Shown one piece after another: positions 9,932 to 18,584 of a stretch of DNA of 20,000 nt; within the stretch, counting starts at the first letter, position 1; every line of letters starts with the position of its first letter. Under the pieces are notes generated by a model. The model had not been told where the DNA came from and did no database searches. It was given only the letters and a program-made list of their open reading frames with translations. A program made the translations under genes and the position numbers. The DNA is from Rhizaria sp. SCN 62-66 (lineage: Eukaryota), in contig MEDY01000131.1 of assembly GCA_001724265.1 (NCBI GenBank), forward strand, positions 48,565 to 68,564, in the 5' to 3' direction.

Positions 9932-12900
9932 ATGTGTGCGGTAGTGACAGCTCCACTTCGCGGCGACTGCGCGCGTGTTCGGCTTAAAGCAGCTGCAACA
10001 GAACGTGCGTTTTTAAGCTCCAAAAACAACGCAAATATTATTGCACGCGCCGCTAAGACTGGTGAATCAGTGCACGCATCGGGGGAAGGCAAATACGACG
10101 ACGATGTCTGCGCTGTTAACACTTGTCCTGACACACCCGTATCGCAAAGCAAGGTAGACATGACTCACATGAAGGGTTTCGGTGCGGCACCCGCATTGTC
10201 ACCCCGGCTCTGTGCATGCGTTTGCTCGTGTGCTAAGTCTGCAAAGCACGCGCCGGGCTACGGGCGCGTGCTTCGCGTGGAAACTGCGCGCGCGCTCCTG
10301 CACGAGTACGTGTTTGTTTCTTCGTCGCAGAACGTGACTGTAAGGCCTGATCAAGGCGACGTTTATTTGCGTCCTCGCAATGCGCTACAGTTAACGCAAC
10401 GCAAGGAACTATCGTTGGTTGCTGATGTGGCGGCGACGTTAGCACAGACTGATGACCTATATCATGCACGTGTTACAAACACTGTCTCATCAGTCGCGAT
10501 TGAAATTGAAGTTATGGATACCATGCGTGATAAAGGCTACTTTCCCGAAACTGAGAGCAACGACAGTAGCAGTAACAACGTGGGCAACGGCGCCGAGTTA
10601 ATAGCGTCATGCACTGTTAAGGGTCGGCAAAGCAGAAAGTTTGGTTTCGACCCATCGCCACCCACATCTCTGCGTCAAGCCGTCTGCACCCCCGGCGCGG
10701 CAATGATCATGGACCGCGGTGTGCAATACGGATTAGGACACCGCCTTAACAACCCCGCGCGGCGCGGTGGTCGTCGCATCTCACCGTCACACGCTGACCT
10801 TGCGCGGCGTTTGCGCGAAGGCCATGGCAAGCTGTACGACGATGAAGGCGACATCCCGGAGGAAGATGAGGACGGGATCGACGGCAACGGGGCTGAAGGC
10901 GGAATCGAGCTGCTTTCGCTCTCGTTGTCTGGCGACGGAGACGTAACTGCAACAGTCAGCGTGACAAGCAGTGGCGTTTCTTACAGCAGCTCGGTCACAG
11001 CTTCAGGCACCATAAATGAAACAAGCAGCACGCCGATCACTGTGCACAGCGACGACTCATGCAGTGTTAATCCTAGCTGCAGTCGTAGCTCCGAGAGCCG
11101 CTGTTGCTCAAGGTCCAAGGGCAGCAAAACCCGGAGCCCTGATAAGCAAAGCCAAAAGCGCGATCGTGCTCAGCACCGCAAACAGCACGCATGGCCTGCT
11201 TTTGGCTCGCCTCCGCCTCACAGCGAGCTAAACATTAATGACAATGCAGTTGACACCGAAGACCTTGATAGCAGCCATGGCGACTCGCTTGATAATGCTG
11301 TTAATGATAATGCGCGCACATCACCGCAGCCTCTTGGTAACGTTAAAAGCACAAGCGCAAGGTCATCAAACCGCGCAACGCAACGCGGTTACAGTGGCCC
11401 TTACGCTCCGCCTCAAGGCCGGGAAGTTGCTCCAAAGCACTTCTTTGGTCCTGCACTCGACTTATCCACGCTGCGCAGCAAAGGTGCACGCAGTGTCGCT
11501 GGTGGTTCTGTTGCTACAAGCAGAAGTGTGTCACTAGAGCGCAACAAAAGCGACCCAATTAACAACTCGCTCAAGATCAAGAGCAATGCCGACTCAGAAC
11601 TTGCGACAACAGCGCGCGTTGTCAGCCCGTTTTGTACGTTGCAGTCACCGCTTTCAGCGTTTCATTCACGCGCACTACGTGGAACAATCTCGGACACAAG
11701 TACTACGACCGCAGCAACGGTTGAAGCAGATCATGGGGAGAGCACGTCAACGCACGATGGTGAGCGCACTGGCTCACAGAGCGGTCAGCACAAAAACGGC
11801 TATAAATCGAGTCGAGGCACTTACGATCGTTCGATCTCTGTTGCTGGGGACACTAGTGTTGCCGGCAGCGTGACTGGGGCCGGACACTATGAGAGTGCTA
11901 GTTCCATCGACAACGGCCCCGGTGGCAGCAACTACAAAGGCAGCCGCACAGAAAGTATTTGTCAAGGTACTGCATCGCGGATTACAGCTAGCTCCAAGTC
12001 TGTTCGTCCTCTTCGTTCAGCTCTCGCGGCCACATGGACTGTGGCACGCGTCAACGACGGCTGCATGGATATGCTTACTGTTGCGCCCGCTAGCGCTGCG
12101 CTCACTCCAGCGTGTCTTCCGTTTCACATTCACTCATTACCACACACCGCCAACGTTGATAGAGCGGTCATTGGTGAAGCGTCACAACAGACACCGCTGT
12201 TGCAATGCGCAACTCTTCAGCAGCGACCACTGTTGGCGGCATCATTGCGCCGCGGCGAACCGTGGGTTATGGAAGACACGTTTCTCGCGCGGCCCACTCT
12301 GGGACCAACGCAACCGGATGAGGCTGTGCTCGTAATTTGTGACGGCCACGGCGAGTGGGGCCGTGCTGTTGCTGAAGTTGCCGGGATGGAACTTGTGGCA
12401 CATGCTGCTGTGGAAGTTGCAATTCCTACGTTTATGGGATCACCAGCGCATAGCGTCTCTGCAATTAAGAGTGCGCGATTGCAGTCACCTGATCCTATAA
12501 AACAATCATTGTCCAGCAAGCATTTGAGTACATCTCAGCCTTTTAAACGCCCACCGCATTTGCGCAAGGTTACTGCAAAGAGTGTTGGTGCCAAGAAAGC
12601 GTTTTTTCCGACTACTCAAAGTGCAACACACATTAGAGAAGCAACAATGTCAATGCTTCCATTAGATGTGCACCGTGAGTCGCCTATTGCTGAAACAGCA
12701 ATTGCTGTTGTCCCGCCAATCACGGTAATTGCATCCGCACCAGCACAAGAACATACGGCACACAGTGCAATGAACGCGGCCAATACAGCAGCAACGGCTA
12801 TTGCTGCGGCTACAGCTGCAGTAGCGTCATCGTACAACGTTGTTGTTGCGTCCGCGCACGCAGCTGCTGCTGCACGGATTGCGACAATTGCTGCTGCAGC

Positions 12901-15900
12901 TGCGGAAGCTGGGAATGAAACACCACTAACTGTTGTTGACCTTGGCAGTGACTTTGCGGGCGATTCCAACACAGGTCTTCAGAGTGAAATGTTGCCATCA
13001 GCACTGACTGACCGCAAATCCTTCCGCCATTACGCTGCGTTGCAGCAGCGTTCATTGCCGCCTGCCTTAGCACAAAGTGACGGCGACTCAGTCCACAGCT
13101 GTGACCGTGACATCAGCTCCGGTGATGAAGAGGACGCTGACGCACAAGACAACGGCAACAGCAGCAGCGTGTCTGACAGTGCTCTTGGTGTTGCTGTTGT
13201 AGAGCCTAGCCCGACGTCAGTCGTTACAACGCACGATCTGCGTGTGCGCGCAGAGCAAAGTCGGCTAAATGTCAATCTGGATTCTTGTAACAATGACGAT
13301 GGCGCTAACAGCACTGAAGAAGAAGCAGATATTAGCGGTCATGTCTTACCTCGTTCCGCGTCTTGGGAGTTTACTGGATATGAAACCGCGCCACTTTGGC
13401 ACAAATTGAGCACGCCGCCACCTATGCTGTTTCAGCAACCTGCTCCGACTGCTGGTCACATTCCGGTGGCCGTAGTGACGGTGCATCGGTTACGCGATGT
13501 GCCCACAGTACCCACCGCATGCGCCGCGCTTCAAGACGCGTGGATTCCCGCGCCGCGTGTTCATGAGAATAATGCAGTTGCACTCAACACTACAACAAGC
13601 CCAGCTACATTTTCAGGTGATCAAGACTTAGGATTCGCAACGCAACTTGAAGAAAACAACAGCGGCGAATGTGACAGTGGCCCCGCAACCGCGACACTCG
13701 CGAGTTCCGCATCTGTTCGAGAAAGCTCGTTGCCGAAATCGAATGATAGCAAAGATGGTTGTGTTGCGCGGACGACACAGTCACTCACGGTACAGCCTGC
13801 TTCATTGCAAAGCGACAGAACTGAACAGTCGACCGCTGGAGGTAGTAGTTCAGCTGGGCAGATTCGCGGCAAAACACGCTCCGATACTGGCACGCGTCCT
13901 ATAATTGCAGCGCCACGCTACACCAGTGTTACAGAAGAGTCAGCAGTGACACGCAATAGTGCCACTGAGAGTGATGGCACTGCAAGCAGTGACGTGGCCT
14001 TTACTCGTGCGCGGAGCCAGAGTAGCAGTCTTACAAAGAGCACATTTGCACCGCCGCAGTTGTTTGTCGCAAAATCTAATGGTGGTGACAGCAAGAGCAG
14101 TCGAAGTCGTAGCGCAATCGAGTCAGCGTTAAACACGACAGTCGGCACACAACATCAGAGCTGGCTTACAATCCATCCTGCGCAGTCTCCGGCGCGCGCA
14201 AGCCTCACCGTCCCGCGGTCGCCGTCGCTGACAACGATGGAGTCCGCGCTGTCTGCCTCAAGCGTACCCAACCCTACTATCGGTGCGCTTACTGTAACAG
14301 AAACTGGCGCGCAAGAAAGCCTCGGTCTGTGGGGACAGGTGCAAGCTGACTTGGAGTCCTGCGGCCGGAGTGCTGTGATTAAAGCATGCAAGGCGACGCC
14401 ATACTACGGTGCACCGACTGCTCTTGCGATTTTAGCAAATAAGTTGCCTCTGAACACTACCATAGCTTCTCGGCGCAAGCATACCTCCCAGCAGCCCGCT
14501 GCCTCTACTGCGGGACTGTCTCCGGTTGTTTCTGGTGCAGTTGACTATGCGCAGTCAGATACATCGCGGCTTACTAGTGCAACAGAGCTCGGTGGACACA
14601 CCGTTATCGTGCCCGTACACGAGTCTCCTGCACTTTTGGCAGACCGCTGGGCTGCGGACGCCGCAATGCATGCCGTCCTTACAGGGGCATTTGCGCAAGC
14701 GCAAGCGCGTTGTATTGGGGTTTTGTCCAAGTCAGAGTATAACTACCACTATCCGGCGGTCGTTGCTCGGGCTCCCGATGGCACTACGGTCGCAGGCAAG
14801 CTGTCACAGCGTGCAACAACGGACACTAAGACAGTGGTTAAAGGCGGTGCGGCAGCGCTTGTCGTGCGCGTCAGTGGTCGCCTGCGCCGTGTGTGGGCGG
14901 CGAGCACTGGCGACTGCAAGGCCATTTTGTTTCATATGCCGCAAATAATTTCAAAGTTCGCCAACGGCGGCTATGGCGCTTCAAGTAACATTAAAGTGGC
15001 CACTGCGCCGAGCATTGTCCCTGGAGTAACTCACGATGACTTAGCCCTTGAGCCTAGCCTTGTCTCTAACTCTGCAAAGACAGCCGCGCACGCGCGCCTA
15101 CAAGCGTCTCCCCGCGGGCCGCCACCAGCGCAGACGCCGCGCGTTGTCACAACGCCATCTGCTCGCGGTGGCAACGCAGCCTTCTCGTTTGCTGCCCGCC
15201 CGCCCCTCTCTCCTGCACACGTGTCACCACGGTTTCGTGGTAGTGCAACAGGAGCTGCACAGCCAGTGGCGTGCACAGCAACAACTTGCTGTTTAACAGC
15301 TTGCACAGGTCTCTCCCCGGCGTGCGTCACCGTTCGCGCCACAGTTACAGCGACACCGCTCACGCTTGAGCACCATCCGCAGCGCGCAGACGAGGCCGCG
15401 CGCTTGCTCGCAACGCAAGTGCCCGTGTTACCAGTGCGCGGCCGATTGCGCGTGGCAGGAGAGCTCGCGCTCACGCGTTCTCTTGGTGACTTAACGCTAA
15501 AACCCGCTGTATCCGCAACGCCTGAGTTGGCACGCGCAGGCTTTACTGTAGGAGACGTGCTAGTAGCCGCATCGGACGGGCTCTGGACTGTGGTGACTGT
15601 GGCCGAGGTTGAAGCCGCATTGGCAAAAGCAACCGTAGCGTGCCGACACAGGGACGACGCAATGACTGTAGGTGAGCGAAACGACGCGGTTTGCACAAAC
15701 TGCAGCAATAGTAACTCAAGTGAGCTCCTTTCATCTCCGCCGCCTCCGCCACAAGATGCAGCCGAGATGCAGGCTGGTCTTAGCGGCAGCGCGCACGAGC
15801 GTTTTTGGACCTCGCATCACGGCGGTACTAATGCTACAGAAGTCCGTGCAGCCGCTGCGCCCGCAGCGGAGAGCAGCAGCACCTCCTCGGCACATCACGC

Positions 15901-16216
15901 GGTTCCACACGTTGATACTGACGCTATCGATAACGCGCGGTGTCGCTCGGCGCTGTCGTCGCAGTGCCCGTGTATTTTAGAGGCAGCGCGCGCACTGTCA
16001 CAGCTCGCGCTCGACCGCGGCTCGCGCGACAACGTGACTGTGGCCGTGATGGACTTAACGCCGTACATTGCGGCCGCATGGGCAAGCGCGGCGGCGGCCA
16101 GCGAGCGCGCCGCCACGAAGGTCAACATTACTAGTAGCAGCAGCAGTAGCAGCAAAGCTGCAATGAAGCAGGGTAGTCGCGGGCAGAGTGCGACTGACAC
16201 TGCTGACAATCTATGA
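9932..16216 (+). CDS. PP2C/PPM-family Ser/Thr protein phosphatase with large low-complexity insertions (frame open from 9812)
   Basis: Motifs in canonical order: RRG..MED (12269), ICDGHG (12341), GGAAALVV (14843), STGDCKA (14903), LTLEHHP (15368), LALTRSLGD (15476), ASDGLW (15575), RGSRDNVTV (16028). Stop TGA, then AT-rich 3' region. Confidence 0.92.
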   Translation: MCAVVTAPLRGDCARVRLKAAATERAFLSSKNNANIIARAAKTGESVHASGEGKYDDDVCAVNTCPDTPVSQSKVDMTHMKGFGAAPALSPRLCACVCSCAKSAKHAPGYGRVLRVETARALLHEYVFVSSSQNVTVRPDQGDVYLRPRNALQLTQRKELSLVADVAATLAQTDDLYHARVTNTVSSVAIEIEVMDTMRDKGYFPETESNDSSSNNVGNGAELIASCTVKGRQSRKFGFDPSPPTSLRQAVCTPGAAMIMDRGVQYGLGHRLNNPARRGGRRISPSHADLARRLREGHGKLYDDEGDIPEEDEDGIDGNGAEGGIELLSLSLSGDGDVTATVSVTSSGVSYSSSVTASGTINETSSTPITVHSDDSCSVNPSCSRSSESRCCSRSKGSKTRSPDKQSQKRDRAQHRKQHAWPAFGSPPPHSELNINDNAVDTEDLDSSHGDSLDNAVNDNARTSPQPLGNVKSTSARSSNRATQRGYSGPYAPPQGREVAPKHFFGPALDLSTLRSKGARSVAGGSVATSRSVSLERNKSDPINNSLKIKSNADSELATTARVVSPFCTLQSPLSAFHSRALRGTISDTSTTTAATVEADHGESTSTHDGERTGSQSGQHKNGYKSSRGTYDRSISVAGDTSVAGSVTGAGHYESASSIDNGPGGSNYKGSRTESICQGTASRITASSKSVRPLRSALAATWTVARVNDGCMDMLTVAPASAALTPACLPFHIHSLPHTANVDRAVIGEASQQTPLLQCATLQQRPLLAASLRRGEPWVMEDTFLARPTLGPTQPDEAVLVICDGHGEWGRAVAEVAGMELVAHAAVEVAIPTFMGSPAHSVSAIKSARLQSPDPIKQSLSSKHLSTSQPFKRPPHLRKVTAKSVGAKKAFFPTTQSATHIREATMSMLPLDVHRESPIAETAIAVVPPITVIASAPAQEHTAHSAMNAANTAATAIAAATAAVASSYNVVVASAHAAAAARIATIAAAAAEAGNETPLTVVDLGSDFAGDSNTGLQSEMLPSALTDRKSFRHYAALQQRSLPPALAQSDGDSVHSCDRDISSGDEEDADAQDNGNSSSVSDSALGVAVVEPSPTSVVTTHDLRVRAEQSRLNVNLDSCNNDDGANSTEEEADISGHVLPRSASWEFTGYETAPLWHKLSTPPPMLFQQPAPTAGHIPVAVVTVHRLRDVPTVPTACAALQDAWIPAPRVHENNAVALNTTTSPATFSGDQDLGFATQLEENNSGECDSGPATATLASSASVRESSLPKSNDSKDGCVARTTQSLTVQPASLQSDRTEQSTAGGSSSAGQIRGKTRSDTGTRPIIAAPRYTSVTEESAVTRNSATESDGTASSDVAFTRARSQSSSLTKSTFAPPQLFVAKSNGGDSKSSRSRSAIESALNTTVGTQHQSWLTIHPAQSPARASLTVPRSPSLTTMESALSASSVPNPTIGALTVTETGAQESLGLWGQVQADLESCGRSAVIKACKATPYYGAPTALAILANKLPLNTTIASRRKHTSQQPAASTAGLSPVVSGAVDYAQSDTSRLTSATELGGHTVIVPVHESPALLADRWAADAAMHAVLTGAFAQAQARCIGVLSKSEYNYHYPAVVARAPDGTTVAGKLSQRATTDTKTVVKGGAAALVVRVSGRLRRVWAASTGDCKAILFHMPQIISKFANGGYGASSNIKVATAPSIVPGVTHDDLALEPSLVSNSAKTAAHARLQASPRGPPPAQTPRVVTTPSARGGNAAFSFAARPPLSPAHVSPRFRGSATGAAQPVACTATTCCLTACTGLSPACVTVRATVTATPLTLEHHPQRADEAARLLATQVPVLPVRGRLRVAGELALTRSLGDLTLKPAVSATPELARAGFTVGDVLVAASDGLWTVVTVAEVEAALAKATVACRHRDDAMTVGERNDAVCTNCSNSNSSELLSSPPPPPQDAAEMQAGLSGSAHERFWTSHHGGTNATEVRAAAAPAAESSSTSSAHHAVPHVDTDAIDNARCRSALSSQCPCILEAARALSQLALDRGSRDNVTVAVMDLTPYIAAAWASAAAASERAATKVNITSSSSSSSKAAMKQGSRGQSATDTADNL

Positions 16217-17025
16217 TATTGTTTTGATAACATTATGACTCAGCATATTTATTGATACAAACAAAAACATAAGACAATCTTTATTTTGCAAAATACACGC
16301 ATAGTACTTAAGTCAATCAATGATGACCCATGTTTAAGATACTTGTGATATCAAATGCATGCATACAAAATCGAATGTATGGATTCGTTTACCATCCGTC
16401 AAGATGGCATAAAAAGCACGCGAGTCGCCACGATCCAGACAAAGAGTTGAAGAACGTTACGAAGGACTGTGAAACATGCGTTATCTGCCAATTTTCGATC
16501 GCATTGGAAGAGGGCTACAAGAGCCCACGCATGCAGCAGTGTCGGAGCAAAATCGAGTCACAGTCACACACTCAACACTTGGGAGTGTTAAACGAGACGT
16601 CAGAAGAACATGATAATGTAAAATCACTGTGGTGATGCTGTGGTATAGCATATCAGCGATAAGCAGAAACATGTGACACAGGGTGGCGCGGCGCAGCGCG
16701 AAGCGAAGCTAGGTAAGTAAGTGAAGACAAACAATCTTTGTACAGGTCCACGTTGACACATGTAACCCAATTGATGGTCGCATACACAACACGTAACACG
16801 TGATGTCAGAAATGAACACGAATTAGTTCATGATGCATACATGAACGAATGAACAAAAGGTTTCAGAATAGTGTCACCCAACAAGCGAGAACACGCTGTG
16901 CTGTGTTAAAAGTCGCAGCAGGATTGACACATATACAGGACAGAAGAAGGCTGAATAGCAGCCAATAGAAAACAAGCATGGAAGTATAATATATCCCCCA
17001 CAGTACGTGAATTCCGTGCGCTTAC

Positions 17026-17481
17026 TTAGATCTCCATCGACTGGCCCTGCTCGCCCTCAGCCGCGGCCATCGTCTCAGTGCCAGCGTCGCCACCGACGCA
17101 CGCAGCCTGGGGGCCGTAGGTGTTGACAATGCGCACGCGCGAGGGCACGTCCTTGAAGCGCGCCATCTTAAACGGCTCCGGTGGCGGGGGCTGGTTGCGT
17201 GGCTTGTAGTGGCCCTGAGACGCCTTGGTGGGCTGCGGGGCGCGGAAGCCGCCGGAGCTTGCCGCCGTGGCGCCCGCAGCGCGCGTCGTGGAACCGCGGG
17301 CCGTAGTGTCGCCCGAAAAAGCCGCGGTGGCGCCGTTGGCGGTGCTGTTGGCGTTCTGGAGGGACTGAGTGGACGCGATCCACTGTCGCTGGTACTCGTT
17401 GGCCATGACGTTGTTGATCGGCGTCGAGGGCTTTGAGGGGCGGCCGTGAGTCATGTTGGGGTCAACACCCTTCACAGTGAC
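17026..17481 (-). CDS. CFAP77: CFAP77-like protein, exon 2 (spliced product 244 aa)
   Basis: THGRPSKPSTPINNVMANEYQRQW and PTKASQGH...EPFKMARFKDVPSRV match the recalled CFAP77 C-terminal motifs (G.P.RPSTP.....Y...W; KM.RF..V). Stop TAA. Confidence 0.82.
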   Translation of the reverse strand, partial: VTVKGVDPNMTHGRPSKPSTPINNVMANEYQRQWIASTQSLQNANSTANGATAAFSGDTTARGSTTRAAGATAASSGGFRAPQPTKASQGHYKPRNQPPPPEPFKMARFKDVPSRVRIVNTYGPQAACVGGDAGTETMAAAEGEQGQSMEI

Positions 17482-17616
17482 CTATAGAGAGAGAAATGAC
17501 TTAATAATAAGCAAGTATTTTGTGAGGCAAGTTCAAAAGAGTCTCTGGTAGCAAAGGTCAAATGTGTCAGAGAAGAAGGGAGAAAGCAAGAAAAGGTGTT
17601 GTTCAGGGGGACGTAC
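17482..17616 (-). other. 135-nt phase-0 GT-AG intron of the CFAP77-like gene
   Basis: GTACGT...tttctctctctatag; pyrimidine-rich, contains in-frame stops, and joins the two ORFs in frame. Confidence 0.85.
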
Positions 17617-17895
17617 GTGGGCTTGATTGCGGACAGCAGCGGTCTTGCTTGCCGCAGCCGCAGTCGCAGAGGAGGGCTTGCTGCCCAGATGAGTCTTCCA
17701 GTTGCCGACGCACATGCCGACGCCCTGGTCGTCCGCGGGGCGATCCGAGCGGCCGTACGCAAAGTTCTCAGGGGGCAGCGTGTGCGTCGAGGGGCGGACC
17801 TGCCCGACAGGGGCGCGGACGAGAAGCGTGTTGGTCTGCTTGTTGCGGGGAACGTTTGGCTTGCGGTACGTGCCCTCGTCGTAGATGTCAGCCAT
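17617..17895 (-). CDS. CFAP77: CFAP77 (DUF4483 / C9orf171)-like cilia- and flagella-associated protein, exon 1 (93 codons)
   Basis: NTLLVRAPVGQVRPSTHTLPPENFAYGR...DDQGVGMCVGNW matches the recalled CFAP77 N-terminal block (N.LL.R..LG......LP...F.YG). Ends at phase-0 donor CAC|GTACGT. Confidence 0.82.
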
Positions 17896-17964
17896 GATTG
17901 GGTCTCTGTGGAGGGCGATGAATCACGACGAGGAGAGCAAAAGTGAGTGAGGCGGTGTTGGGAG

Positions 17965-17973
17965 AAAATGAGC
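17965..17973 (-). promoter_or_regulatory. Candidate initiator (Inr) element GCTCATTTT about 75 nt upstream of the CFAP77 ATG; second TCACTTT near 17940-17946
   Basis: Matches the YCAYTYY initiator consensus and lies where the AT-rich upstream DNA meets a pyrimidine-rich 5' UTR. Confidence 0.4.
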
Positions 17974-18213
17974 GAATATAGGTATACATTATCCGTTTTT
18001 GGAAATGCAAAATCGTTGAGATATATTACACGTCGCATTCACTATAAAAACATCACAGTGCCCCTTTTGACGACGGCTAGCACAAGAAACATCGGGTTGA
18101 AAAGAACAGCCTTGACCTCGCCGGGATGTAACGGTCGGTCGGCAGTTGTCGACTGAGCACGCAGAGCGAAAAAATACAAAACCATCGTCCGGTGTGATTA
18201 AATCTGCATAAAT

Positions 18214-18531
18214 GACAATAATACGTTATTGTCTGTATGATGCTTGTACATGTCATGTAAATTGAGATGCTTATCTCGATAAGTAGTGGGATATGTCAGG
18301 ATATTAATATCCTACATCGTATTATACCGTTTGCGTCACTGTACGACAGAGCGTGACTTTAGTAAAGCATCGAGAATTTGTTGTCAAAATTGCAACGGGG
18401 ACATACATGTACATGTACTTCACAAAAGTCTGAGTAGATAGCATCCCATATGTTTACATCTTGAGTCCTTAAAAAACACTTTTGACACTTTCAATTGCCC
18501 CAGAAGCTATATTTAATATTACATGTAATAT
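18214..18531. repeat. Cluster of short palindromes and inverted repeats
   Basis: GACAATAA-tacg-TTATTGTC (18214-18233); CTTATC-tc-GATAAG (18270-18283); AGGATATTAATATCCT (18298-18313); TACATGTACATGTA (18404-18417); ATATTACATGTAATAT (18516-18531). Confidence 0.7.
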
Positions 18532-18584
18532 GAATAAATAAACATCCATAAACAAGATTAACGAGCCTGGATGAAGATGAGTCC

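Noticed and set aside
6645-16233. Short alternative-frame and antisense ORFs inside the PP2C locus
   Set aside because: Fully nested in the long frame with no independent coding signal.
16330-16635. 101-aa plus ORF containing CETCVICQ (RING-like start)
   Set aside because: The remaining RING Cys/His ligands are missing, and it lies in AT-rich DNA between convergent 3' ends.
16713-16745. Plus-strand AG|GTAAGT...TTTGTACAG|G resembling a 33-nt intron
   Set aside because: No associated exon or ORF, and much shorter than the supported intron; probably chance.
16826-16846. Near-perfect palindrome GTTCATG-ATGCAT-A-CATGAAC; also GTACGTACGTAC at 19432-19443
   Set aside because: Isolated and short; noted only as part of the general palindrome tendency of the intergenic DNA.
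17896-18300. RFX X-box upstream of the ciliary gene
   Set aside because: No convincing GTTNCC-AT-GGNAAC match was found.
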